A model generated the notes under the pieces. That model was not told where the DNA came from. It did not search any database and saw only the letters and a list, made by a program, of their open reading frames with translations. Positions 27,514-36,976 of a DNA stretch of 64,000 bases are shown one piece after another. This DNA is from an uncultured Alphaproteobacteria bacterium (lineage in GTDB: Bacteria > Pseudomonadota > Alphaproteobacteria > CAAHEQ01 > UBA3637), in the NCBI GenBank assembly GCA_934234055.1, contig CAKQGY010000002.1, forward strand, positions 74,427 through 138,426, written 5' to 3'. The position numbers and the translations under genes are program-made. Each line of letters opens with the position of its first letter. Position 1 is the stretch's first letter.

Positions 27514-28038
27514 ATGGTCGTAAAAAGTGCGTTTCACTATAACGGAAAATTGAAAGAAGCGTATATCGTTGATGAACAAGGGCGGAAAAACGGGCCCTAT
27601 GAGTCCTTTCACGAAAGCGGAAAACCGAATGTCAAATGCACCTATAAAAACGATGTCTATGACGGAGTGTTTGAAAAATACTATGAGGACGGGCTGTTGC
27701 AGCTGAAATGTCGGTATCAAAACGGAAAAGAAAACGGGCCCTTTGAAGAATACTACCGAGACGGATCGCTGTATAAAAAAGGCTCTTTCGTGAACGGGGT
27801 CTATGCGGGACCCTATGTCGTGTATAGCGTCAACGGACAAATCGTGGAAAAAGGAGTCTTTGTCAACGGGGAGTTCGTGTCCGATGATATGGAAAAAATT
27901 TGGCAAGAGAAAGCCTTGCCTCGGCAAGAATTAAATGCCAAGTTGGCGGCTGTTTCTGTCCAGATGGCTCCGACCGATTTACGACAGGCGGTAAAACGGG
28001 CTTTGGTGGCCGAATATCACCAAAATGGCGGAAGATAA
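27514..28038 (+). CDS. MORN-variant (MORN_2) repeat protein, YwqK-like
   Basis: 174 aa of tandem 23-24 aa units with the YxxNGKxxGPYExYYxxGxL pattern. Confidence 0.7.
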   Translation: MVVKSAFHYNGKLKEAYIVDEQGRKNGPYESFHESGKPNVKCTYKNDVYDGVFEKYYEDGLLQLKCRYQNGKENGPFEEYYRDGSLYKKGSFVNGVYAGPYVVYSVNGQIVEKGVFVNGEFVSDDMEKIWQEKALPRQELNAKLAAVSVQMAPTDLRQAVKRALVAEYHQNGGR

Positions 28039-28062
28039 GGAAAATAAAAAAGGATTATTCAA

Positions 28063-29100
28063 ATGATTTCTTGTATGGAATTTATCTCAAAAGCAGAACA
28101 ATTAAAACCGACGGTTATTAAAGAAAAAAAGAAGCAGGTGAAGTTGTCCGGTCTGCAAGTCTTGGGACTGATTATCCTGAGTTTTTTTACTTTTTCCTGT
28201 TTGGTATTGATTGCAGCCGGAATAGATTTAATAGCTATTATTATCATGGTGTTGGTATTGACCGCGGGGTGGTTTGGTTTTTTTGCCTCAATCAATTATA
28301 TCAAAAATGAACGACGGGAAGAATATCAGGTCAAATACCTGACCCTTAAAAAAGATATTCTGGTGTGCCTGGGGCTTGGGGGATTGTGGGTTGTTGCCAT
28401 AATACCACCAAGTTGTTGGTCCGGAACAACAAATCATTTTATCAATTCTTTGTTGAGTATTATTACCACTCTTTCCGTTCTTGGCGTCACGACAATTTAT
28501 GGTATAAAATATTTTTCAGGCGAAAAACGAACCGATCTTTATGAGAAGAGCAAGCTGTCCGCTCCGCTGTTTCGGTTGTTGAACCTGTTGAACATCAAGC
28601 AAGAAGAACACAAACCTTACTTTTTATTTTTGGATTCCTTTGGGGAGGATATTCGTTTTGGCGCCGGCGATTTGAGTATCAAAATCGCACAGTTGGAAGG
28701 AAAAATTGATCCGTCTCTTAAAGAAGAAGACTTTGATCCCTTTGTTGATAAGCAGGGTAATAACCGGCACAAACTAAAACAAATAGACTTGGTAAGCGGT
28801 TTCTGTTTTGACATTCCAATGAAAAATTGGGATACGCCAACAATTGAACGCATCAAGGAAAATCTGGCGCAATTTGTCTTGTCAAAAACAGGGAAAGATT
28901 TGTTTTGCCACCCTTCAAAAATTGTGGAGATTAAAACTCAAATACAAGACAGGCACTTGATAGTTTATGTGATAACCTTTCGGGGGAATACATTTACTCT
29001 TCCGAATCTGTATGTGGGACGGTATTTTTTCTATGCACGGGAAGATTTGCCCGAGATATATAAAGATGTAAAACTGCTGTATGATATTCTGAATTTTTAA
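28063..29100 (+). CDS. Hypothetical polytopic membrane protein with C-terminal soluble domain
   Basis: 345 aa with 4-5 predicted TM helices then a roughly 170-aa hydrophilic domain. It lies 24 nt downstream of the MORN gene, so they are probably co-transcribed. Confidence 0.5.
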   Translation: MISCMEFISKAEQLKPTVIKEKKKQVKLSGLQVLGLIILSFFTFSCLVLIAAGIDLIAIIIMVLVLTAGWFGFFASINYIKNERREEYQVKYLTLKKDILVCLGLGGLWVVAIIPPSCWSGTTNHFINSLLSIITTLSVLGVTTIYGIKYFSGEKRTDLYEKSKLSAPLFRLLNLLNIKQEEHKPYFLFLDSFGEDIRFGAGDLSIKIAQLEGKIDPSLKEEDFDPFVDKQGNNRHKLKQIDLVSGFCFDIPMKNWDTPTIERIKENLAQFVLSKTGKDLFCHPSKIVEIKTQIQDRHLIVYVITFRGNTFTLPNLYVGRYFFYAREDLPEIYKDVKLLYDILNF

Positions 29101-29116
29101 TATCCCGAATTGGTTC

Positions 29117-29278
29117 GACCCTGCCCCGAGTATATGGCCTTGTTGTTTAATGGATTGCCGCGGGACAGACTGGTCTGTCCCTCGCAATGACAAAATGCAG
29201 ATCAGAATGTCTGGGAGGCTGATGGTCGGTGATAGAACCAAGAGAATGCAACTCAGAATGGCAGGAGAGAGAACAAAA
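29117..29278. repeat. Repeat cluster: subtype-2 palindromic copy E (core 29145-29190) plus a CCCTGCCCC motif and two extra CAGAATG half-arms
   Basis: GTTTAATGGATTGCCGCGGGACAGACTGGTCTGTCCCTCGCAATGA is a near-perfect 17-bp-arm palindrome. Followed by ..ATCAGAATGTCTGGGAGG.. and CAACTCAGAATGGCAGGAGAGAGAAC. Confidence 0.7.
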
Positions 29279-29286
29279 GTCAGTGG

Positions 29287-32200
29287 TTAAGCGGAGGTGG
29301 CAATGGCAGCCAGTTTCTTGATGATATTACGCACGCCGTCCAAGCGGTTGGCCGGTGTTGGCCACGGGCGCATCACAACCAACTTTTGATCCGGGCGAAT
29401 CCGAATCGTTCCCATTTGCTGATTGATGTAGGCGACCAGGCCGGCGGGATTGGGGAATGTGTTGTTTCGGAATGCAATACCAGCCCCCTTGGGACCGGCG
29501 TCCAGGCGTTCTATGTTCACGGACTTGGCCAATATTTTAAGCTCTATCGTCTGCAACAGATTTTCAACCTCAACCGGGAAAGCACCAAAGCGATCCGTCA
29601 ACTCGGCACGCAGGGAATCGACCTCGACCAGGTCGGTTATCTCGCTGAGGCGATGGTAAAGGCTCATACGCACATCTAAATCGGCAATATAACTTTCGGG
29701 GATTAAAACCGGCAAACCGATGGAAATTTGCGGCGAAAAATCTTCGGCAACCGGTTGCGTATCGGCAGAACCCCGGCGGCGGAGAGTCTGAATAGCCTCG
29801 GCCAACATTTTTTGATACAAGGCAACTCCGACTTCGCGAATATGGCCGGATTGCTCTTGACCCAGCAAATTACCGGCACCGCGAATGTCCAAATCATGGC
29901 TGGCCAACATAAAGCCTGCCCCCAGGCTATCCAGGCTTTGCATAACCGTTAAACGCTTGGTCGCGGTATCGGAAAGACGTTGATTGGGCGGAGTCATCAA
30001 ATACGCATAAGCACGCAATTTGCCCCGTCCCACACGGCCGCGCAACTGGTAAAGTGCCGCCAAGCCGAACATATCCGCCCGATATACAATAATCGTATTG
30101 ACAGACGGCATATCCAAGCCCGATTCTATAATACTGGTAGCCAACAGAACATCATACTTCTTATCCGCAAAAGCCGTCATAATGCTTTCCAGTTTGCCGG
30201 CGGGCATTTGTCCGTGTGCCTCTATTACTCGAATGTCGGGGACAATCTTTTTCAAAATAGCGGAAAGCTCGGCCATATCGGAAATGCGCGGGCAAACCAC
30301 AAATGTTTGGCCGCCGCGGAAATGCTCACGCAAGATGGCCTCTTTGACAATGACGGGATCAAAGGGAGAGACAAAAGTCTTGACCGCCAAACGATCCACC
30401 GGCGGCGTGGCAATGACCGACAACTCACGCACACCGGCCAAAGATAACTGCAAAGTCCGGGGAATCGGCGTCGCCGTCAGGGTGAGGACATGAACTCCCT
30501 GTTTTAATTCTTTAAGGCGCTCTTTGTGGGCGACGCCGAAGTGCTGTTCCTCGTCCACAATAACCAAGCCCAGGTTTTTGAACTGAGTCCCCCGGGCCAG
30601 CAAGGCATGCGTGCCGATAACAATATCAACCGTGCCTTGTTTCATCTCGGCGTGAATCTTTTGCGCGTCGGCATGCGAAACCAGGCGCGACAGACCCGCA
30701 ATCCGAATGGGGAAGCCCTGAAAACGCTCGGTGAAATTATGTGTGTGTTGGCGAGCCAGCAAGGTGGTCGGGACAATCACAGCAACCTGAAACCCCGCCA
30801 TGGTGGCTAAAAAAGCCGCACGCATGGCAACCTCGGTCTTGCCAAAGCCGACATCACCGCAAACCAGGCGATCCATAGGCTTGCCGGCGGCCAGGTCGCT
30901 TTCAATTTCGGAGATCGTGCGCAGTTGGTCATCGGTCTCGGAATACGGAAAATGCGCACAAAACTCTTGATACAGGCCGTGGGGAGCCAAAATGCGCTCC
31001 ATCTGATTTAAGGCTCGGTGAGAAGCCGTTTGCATCAATTGCTCGGCCATTTTGAAAAGGTCTTTTTTAACGCGCTCTTTACGCGTGGCGAATGCCGTGC
31101 CGCCCAGACGATCCAGCGCGGTATGCTCGGCATTGCCATAACGCGACAGCACATCGGCATTTTCAACCGGCACAAACAGCTTATCTCCGCCGTCATACTC
31201 CAAGCACAAGCAATCATGCGCCGCACCCGCAATTTGCAGAGGAACAAGGCCTTGAAACCGGCCGACACCGTGTGTCTGGTGAACCACCAAATCCCCGACA
31301 TTCAGGGTTGTAATATCCGCTATAAAATCCGGATTGGAGCGCTTTTTCACCGGGCGAATAATGCGCGTGCCCAGTATGTCCGTTTCGGTAATCACAATCC
31401 ACTTGTCCGTGGAAAAACCCTTTTCAAACGGCGCAACCAGAGCCGCCGGGGCGTGCGTCAGAGCGGACTTCCAAGTTTCGGCCGGGGTTAAATGAACACC
31501 CCGATCCCGAAGTAAGCCCGATAACCTTTGGCAGGAGCCGTCTGTGGCCGCGGTTAAAATAACAGCGCGGGACTCGGCACGAATAAAATCAGCAACCACA
31601 TCAAAGACATCTTGGCGATCTTGAACCCGGGTATCCACAAAATCATGGCCGGCACGTCCCCCCATATCCCGGGCATCGGCCTCTATAAATGGCGACAAGG
31701 CAAAGGTGGAATGTGTGGCATACAGTTCGTCCAGCACCGCGGGGGGCGCAAAGAAAAGATCAGGCGGAATGGGGTGATAAACCGTGCCGATTGTCGTGCC
31801 GTCGCTCAGAGCTTGGAGACGAGCCTGATAATACTCGTGAATCTGCTCGGTGCGGGAAGCAAACGCATCACGGGCCTGATAATCCAGCACCACGGGGGCA
31901 GTCGGCATATACGACCAAATCGGAACCATCTTCGGGTGAAAGAGGGGTAAAAAATGCTCTATTCCCTGAACATAACGGCCGGCAGAGACAGCCTCGTAAA
32001 ACGCATCATCGGCCGTCTTGTCAAATAACTCACGATAGCGTTGGCGGAACAGCGAAATGCTGTCGGGGGTAAGGACAAACTCGCTCATCGGCTTTAAGGT
32101 GAACTCGGGAACAGATCGGGTGCTGCGCTGAGTCATCGGATCAAATAAGCGAATCGAATCCACCTCGTCGCCAAAAAAATCCACGCGAACAGGCTGAGCC

Positions 32201-32700
32201 TCGCCCGCGGGGAAGATGTCTATCAACCCGCCTCGTACGGCAAAATCACCGGCTTCCATCACTGTATCGCTCGTATGATAGCCGTTGCGAATCAAAAATG
32301 ATTTAAGGCTTTCAAAAGAGACTGTTTGGCCGGTCTTTAAGGTCAGAGCCGAATCGCGAAAAAAAGTGGGGGGCGGAACATATTGCAGGGCTGCGGATGC
32401 TGTTGTCAACAAAATAAACGGCGATTGCGGGTTTTGAGCCAAGCGCACCAGGGTATCAATGCGCGCACCGACAATTTCAGGCGCCGGGGCCGTTCGGTCA
32501 TAGGGCACTGTATCCCAGGTTTGAAACGCCAAAACGGGAATGTTCGGAGTCATCAGATTCAGGGCTTGGCGCACGGCGGCTAATTTCGTCTCGCTCGGGA
32601 CAATGTAAATCAAAGCCCCGTGGCGGGCAACCAAGCGTTCTAAAACAAGGGGCTCAAACCCCGTCGGCACACCACACAGTTGTTTAATCGATTCCGGCAT
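29287..32700 (-). CDS. mfd: Transcription-repair coupling factor Mfd
   Basis: 1137 aa. Superfamily-2 helicase motifs (GDVGFGKTEVA, DEEQHFGV) and a UvrB-homology region. Confidence 0.95.
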   Translation of the reverse strand: MPESIKQLCGVPTGFEPLVLERLVARHGALIYIVPSETKLAAVRQALNLMTPNIPVLAFQTWDTVPYDRTAPAPEIVGARIDTLVRLAQNPQSPFILLTTASAALQYVPPPTFFRDSALTLKTGQTVSFESLKSFLIRNGYHTSDTVMEAGDFAVRGGLIDIFPAGEAQPVRVDFFGDEVDSIRLFDPMTQRSTRSVPEFTLKPMSEFVLTPDSISLFRQRYRELFDKTADDAFYEAVSAGRYVQGIEHFLPLFHPKMVPIWSYMPTAPVVLDYQARDAFASRTEQIHEYYQARLQALSDGTTIGTVYHPIPPDLFFAPPAVLDELYATHSTFALSPFIEADARDMGGRAGHDFVDTRVQDRQDVFDVVADFIRAESRAVILTAATDGSCQRLSGLLRDRGVHLTPAETWKSALTHAPAALVAPFEKGFSTDKWIVITETDILGTRIIRPVKKRSNPDFIADITTLNVGDLVVHQTHGVGRFQGLVPLQIAGAAHDCLCLEYDGGDKLFVPVENADVLSRYGNAEHTALDRLGGTAFATRKERVKKDLFKMAEQLMQTASHRALNQMERILAPHGLYQEFCAHFPYSETDDQLRTISEIESDLAAGKPMDRLVCGDVGFGKTEVAMRAAFLATMAGFQVAVIVPTTLLARQHTHNFTERFQGFPIRIAGLSRLVSHADAQKIHAEMKQGTVDIVIGTHALLARGTQFKNLGLVIVDEEQHFGVAHKERLKELKQGVHVLTLTATPIPRTLQLSLAGVRELSVIATPPVDRLAVKTFVSPFDPVIVKEAILREHFRGGQTFVVCPRISDMAELSAILKKIVPDIRVIEAHGQMPAGKLESIMTAFADKKYDVLLATSIIESGLDMPSVNTIIVYRADMFGLAALYQLRGRVGRGKLRAYAYLMTPPNQRLSDTATKRLTVMQSLDSLGAGFMLASHDLDIRGAGNLLGQEQSGHIREVGVALYQKMLAEAIQTLRRRGSADTQPVAEDFSPQISIGLPVLIPESYIADLDVRMSLYHRLSEITDLVEVDSLRAELTDRFGAFPVEVENLLQTIELKILAKSVNIERLDAGPKGAGIAFRNNTFPNPAGLVAYINQQMGTIRIRPDQKLVVMRPWPTPANRLDGVRNIIKKLAAIATSA

Positions 32701-32711
32701 TTAAGAGATCC

Positions 32712-34079
32712 CTAGAAAAAATTGATTCCGACGGAAAAAAGTTTTTCGGCGTCTTGAACATGGCCTTTTTCAACGAACAGGAAAACACGGTCTTTTTCCT
32801 GAACAATCAAATCCTTTTGCGGGAGCATAAACAAATCACCACGCAAAATACCCGCAATCACAATGCCGTCGGGCACAGAAATCTTGCCCAGGTTGTTTTT
32901 GGTAATCTTGGCCGTTTTAAGAGCTTCAAACTCCAACACCTCGCCAATGCCGGATTGAATGAAATAGTCGTCTTTGACACGGCCTTTACGCAGATACTGC
33001 AAAATGGACGAAACCATCACGGCATTCGGATCAATGGTGGTATCTATGCCCAGACCCGACAGCAAATTATCATACAGCGGATTGTGAATTAAAGCACAGA
33101 CACGCTCTATCCCTGCCCTTTTGGAAATCATCGCCAGCAGGATATTGTTTTCGTCCGAATTCGTCGTTGCTATGGCGATTTTGTAATTTTTTAAATTCAA
33201 CTCGTCCATCAGGTTTTCATCCAGCGCGTCGCCCTCAATCACCAGCGTATTTTCCAACTTTTCACCCAGGAAATGCGCGCGGGTTTCATCCTTTTCAACC
33301 AAAGTCATATCCTTGCTGAGGGAACTGTCCTCCAATTGTTTGGCCAGCTGAAAGCCGACTTTGCCACCACCGTAAATCATAATATAACGCGCCGGAATTT
33401 CGGCATACCCGAATATGTCCAGAACATGTGTTAAATGCGCTTTGTCCACGATAAAATAAACTTCGTCGCCGGCCTTGATCGTGACGGAATCCAACGGCAT
33501 CAGTTGAAAACGGCGTTTGATCGCCACAATTTGAGCATTTTGGGATTGCAACATTTTTTTAACATCGGCGATCGTCTTACCGACCAAAGTGGCGGTCTTG
33601 CGGCATTTAAGGCCGATGAACTTGACCATCCCGTCGCCCATATCCGTCATATCCACCGAGCCCGATACGGACAGATTGTTGATGATGTGCGTGGCGGTTT
33701 CAACCTCGGGCGACAAAACAACATCTATGTTTAATGACTGCAAAAACGATTTATACTTGGCCGACAAATACTCGGGCGACGAAATACGCGCGATCCGTTG
33801 GGGGATATGAAAGACGGATCCGGCCACGCTGCACGACACGATGTTCGTCTCATCACTGCCCGTGACGGCCAGAAAAATATCGGCATGTTGTGCACCGGCA
33901 CGTTCTAAAACAGACGGATAAGAAACACAGCCTGTAATGGTTTGAATGTCCAACTGCTCGCTGAGGTTGCCGAGAGCGTCCTCGTTGCTGTCAATCAGAA
34001 CAATCTCGTCATTCTCGGCACGCAAATAACGCGCCAACGCAACACCGATCTCACCGGCTCCGGCAATAATAACTTTCAT
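32712..34079 (-). CDS. trkA: Trk potassium uptake system protein TrkA
   Basis: 455 aa with two NAD-binding Rossmann motifs (IIAGAGEIG, IMIYGGGKVG) and TrkA-C domains. Confidence 0.9.
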   Translation of the reverse strand: MKVIIAGAGEIGVALARYLRAENDEIVLIDSNEDALGNLSEQLDIQTITGCVSYPSVLERAGAQHADIFLAVTGSDETNIVSCSVAGSVFHIPQRIARISSPEYLSAKYKSFLQSLNIDVVLSPEVETATHIINNLSVSGSVDMTDMGDGMVKFIGLKCRKTATLVGKTIADVKKMLQSQNAQIVAIKRRFQLMPLDSVTIKAGDEVYFIVDKAHLTHVLDIFGYAEIPARYIMIYGGGKVGFQLAKQLEDSSLSKDMTLVEKDETRAHFLGEKLENTLVIEGDALDENLMDELNLKNYKIAIATTNSDENNILLAMISKRAGIERVCALIHNPLYDNLLSGLGIDTTIDPNAVMVSSILQYLRKGRVKDDYFIQSGIGEVLEFEALKTAKITKNNLGKISVPDGIVIAGILRGDLFMLPQKDLIVQEKDRVFLFVEKGHVQDAEKLFSVGINFF

Positions 34080-34987
34080 AATGTCTCCTTAAAAAATAAA
34101 TGGATCATTTCTTTTATCTTTTCAATATCGGTTTGAGCATACACTTTTTGGCAAAATTGTGCAACATTTTTTTGACCCCGGGCATACCAAGCCAGATGCT
34201 TACGCGCAACATAAACACCGTGCGGGCCATAATAATCCAGCAATAAATCCAGATGACGACAGGCCAGATCCGCCCGGGATACAACGGGTATTTTACCGGT
34301 TTCGATTTGGGATAAAAGCCACGGTTTGCCCAAGGCACCGCGTCCGATCATCACGCCGTCGGCACCGGTTTCTGAAAGGGCTTGATCCGCGGTTTGCTGG
34401 TCAACGATATCACCGTTGACGAAAACGGGAATTCCGATGTTTTCTTTGACTTGGCGCACAATATCCCAGCAGGAACGGCCACTGTATCCTTGAGCCCGGG
34501 TGCGGGCGTGAATCGTGATTCGGTCGACTCCGGCGGCGACCAGGGCTTGGGCAAAGGGAACGGCAACAATGTGATTCGAATCCCAGCCGATTCGCATTTT
34601 AACCGATACGGGGATTGAAACGGATTCCCGAACCGCGCGCACCAGATCGGCAGCCACCGCGGGCGTCTTTAACAAAGCCGCGCCGCTGCCGTTGCTGATT
34701 AACTTTTTCACCGGACAGCCCATATTGATGTCCACCCCCACCGCGCCATACGATTCGGCCAGGCGTGCGGCCGAGGCCATCGCGTCCGGATTGATTCCGA
34801 CCAATTGAACGATGATGTTATGCTCGTCACGGATATCCATCATCTTGCGCGTCAGGGGATGATTGCGAGCCAGCGATTCAACGCCAATCATTTCGGTATA
34901 AAGGGTTTGATCACCGAATAAACGCACCATTTGGCGAAAAGGTTTGTCCGTGACACCCGCCATGGGAGCCAATACAACCTGTCTCAT
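34076..34987 (-). CDS. dusB: tRNA-dihydrouridine synthase (DusB-like)
   Basis: LAPMAGVTD and INMGCPV motifs. The start was set at MRQVVLAPMAG after an AAGGAG SD. The longer ORF-track start overlaps the upstream gene. Confidence 0.85.
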   Translation of the reverse strand: MRQVVLAPMAGVTDKPFRQMVRLFGDQTLYTEMIGVESLARNHPLTRKMMDIRDEHNIIVQLVGINPDAMASAARLAESYGAVGVDINMGCPVKKLISNGSGAALLKTPAVAADLVRAVRESVSIPVSVKMRIGWDSNHIVAVPFAQALVAAGVDRITIHARTRAQGYSGRSCWDIVRQVKENIGIPVFVNGDIVDQQTADQALSETGADGVMIGRGALGKPWLLSQIETGKIPVVSRADLACRHLDLLLDYYGPHGVYVARKHLAWYARGQKNVAQFCQKVYAQTDIEKIKEMIHLFFKETL

Positions 34988-35514
34988 AGGCGCTCCTTTA
35001 ACTGTTTTAATTCGGGGGAAACGGTCGTTAAATCGGCCGTTGTCGGGAACATTTGGCGCAAAGCCTTTTCCAGCCAAAAAGCCTGTCGGGGCAGGTCGTT
35101 ATGCTCGGCATAATATTGAGCCAGCCGAAGTTGCGCCTGAGCATCACCGGAATTGCCGCCCGTAATGAGCCAATGCAGAGCACGGGCAGGATCGGTATCT
35201 TCCAACACATGATACAAACGCATACACGATTCGGCGTGGCCTTGGGCAGCGGCTTTCTCATAAAATTCTATCGCGCGCGACAAATTACGAGGAACCAGAC
35301 GACCTTGGTCAAAAACTTGGGCGACAAAAAACTGGCTGTCGGGATCGCCCAGCGTCGCCATACGGCCGTGCCACGCCAGATTCCAATCCGAATCCGCCTC
35401 TTCATCTGCACTGAGTGCCGGAATACTCCGAAACATCGGAGTCGAACCGGTTATGACCTGAGCCGATGCGGAAAAAGCCAAAAATAAAATCAAATAAAAA
35501 ACTTTCATTTTCAT
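34984..35514 (-). CDS. Sel1-like repeat protein with signal peptide
   Basis: Signal peptide MKVFYLILFLAFSASAQ, then Sel1/TPR-like motifs (AQVFDQGRLVPRNLSRAIEFYEKAAAQGHAESC..). Stop overlaps the dus start. Confidence 0.6.
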   Translation of the reverse strand: MKMKVFYLILFLAFSASAQVITGSTPMFRSIPALSADEEADSDWNLAWHGRMATLGDPDSQFFVAQVFDQGRLVPRNLSRAIEFYEKAAAQGHAESCMRLYHVLEDTDPARALHWLITGGNSGDAQAQLRLAQYYAEHNDLPRQAFWLEKALRQMFPTTADLTTVSPELKQLKERL

Positions 35515-35558
35515 CAAAAATATGGTATAGCATTTTTTATCCGAAAAGGAAAGATAAA

Positions 35559-36893
35559 ATGACAAAACAGGTAATAATTATCGGTGCGGGGTTGGCCGGA
35601 AGTGAAGCAGCCTATCAATTATTAAAACGCGGGATCGCCGTTAAAATGGTGGAAATGCGGCCGGATAAATCAACGCCGGCGCATACGACCGCTTTGTTCG
35701 GGGAACTGGTGTGTTCTAATTCGCTGCGGTCTGATGATGCCGAGACAAATGCCGTGGGCTTGATGCACCGGGAAATGCGGCGGTGCGACTCGCTGATTAT
35801 GAAGTGCGCCGACAAACACGCTGTGCCGGCGGGAGGGGCGTTGGCCGTCAACCGGGTGGCCTTTGCCCAAGAAATCACCGATACTTTGCGATCCTTTCCG
35901 AACTTTACATTGGAAGTGCGGGAAGCCGGTTTTCCGGCCGATACAGCCGATCCCGTCATTATCGCCACGGGGCCGTTGACCTCGGACACAATGGCCAAGC
36001 AACTGCAAGGCATAACACATACCGATTCGCTGCACTTCTTTGACGCGATTGCACCGATTGTCTATACCGACAGCGTGGATATGAGCAAGGCCTGGTATCA
36101 ATCACGCTATGACAAGGGAGACGGGACGGACTATTTGAACTGCCCGCTGTCAAAGCAGGAATATAACGATTTCATAGACGCTCTGTTGGTCGGGGAAAAA
36201 GTGCAATTTCATGAGTGGGAGCAAAAAACACCCTATTTTGAGGGGTGCCTGCCCGTGGAAGTTATGGCCGAACGCGGACGACAAACTTTACTGTTCGGAC
36301 CGATGAAACCGGTGGGCCTGACGAATCCGCACGAAGACGGACGGCGTCCCTTTGCCGTGGTGCAACTGCGCAAAGAAAACAAGCAAGGGACTTTGATGAA
36401 CCTGGTCGGATTTCAAACAAAACTGACCTATGGTGCACAAAAAGAAATTTTTCGTCTGATCCCGGCACTGAAAAATGCTGAGTTCGCACGGCTGGGCGGG
36501 ATTCACAGAAATACATTTGTATGCGGGCCGAAAGTGCTGAACGGTGATTTGACCTTAAAGGGGTGGCCGAACATTCGACTGGCCGGGCAGTTGACAGGGT
36601 GCGAGGGCTATATTGAAAGCGCGTCAATCGGGTTGCTGGCGGGCCTGATGACGGCGATGCCGGGATTGCCTTTACCGCCGGCAGAAACGGCGTTGGGGGC
36701 AATGCTGCGGCACATCACGGTGGAAGCGCAGGCGGAAACCTTTCAGCCGATGAATATCAATTTCGGCCTGTTCCCCGAAGTCAACGCCGTGGACGCGCGC
36801 GGAAAAAAGATCAAAGGCACCGATCGCAAACGTCTGTATACCGCGCGGGCCGAACCGGCTTTGGACGGGTGGTTGAAAGAAGCGGGACTCTAA
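35559..36893 (+). CDS. trmFO: Methylenetetrahydrofolate--tRNA-(uracil54-C5)-methyltransferase TrmFO
   Basis: FAD motif IIGAGLAGSEAA and a conserved Cys. The start was moved to MTKQV after an AAGGA SD. Confidence 0.9.
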   Translation: MTKQVIIIGAGLAGSEAAYQLLKRGIAVKMVEMRPDKSTPAHTTALFGELVCSNSLRSDDAETNAVGLMHREMRRCDSLIMKCADKHAVPAGGALAVNRVAFAQEITDTLRSFPNFTLEVREAGFPADTADPVIIATGPLTSDTMAKQLQGITHTDSLHFFDAIAPIVYTDSVDMSKAWYQSRYDKGDGTDYLNCPLSKQEYNDFIDALLVGEKVQFHEWEQKTPYFEGCLPVEVMAERGRQTLLFGPMKPVGLTNPHEDGRRPFAVVQLRKENKQGTLMNLVGFQTKLTYGAQKEIFRLIPALKNAEFARLGGIHRNTFVCGPKVLNGDLTLKGWPNIRLAGQLTGCEGYIESASIGLLAGLMTAMPGLPLPPAETALGAMLRHITVEAQAETFQPMNINFGLFPEVNAVDARGKKIKGTDRKRLYTARAEPALDGWLKEAGL

Positions 36894-36917
36894 AACCGCT
36901 TTTTATAAAACAAATGC

Positions 36918-36947
36918 TTGACTTTTGCGGGCTTTTGGGAGTATAGT
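36918..36947 (+). promoter_or_regulatory. Sigma70-like promoter TTGACT-18-TATAGT upstream of aspS
   Basis: Hexamer match only. Confidence 0.35.
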
Positions 36948-36976
36948 AGCAGACAGTTTTATTTATAGGAGTTTTT

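Noticed and set aside
29386-32583. Numerous plus-strand ORFs (up to 157 aa) within the mfd region
   Set aside because: They are antisense to a 1137-aa conserved helicase gene.
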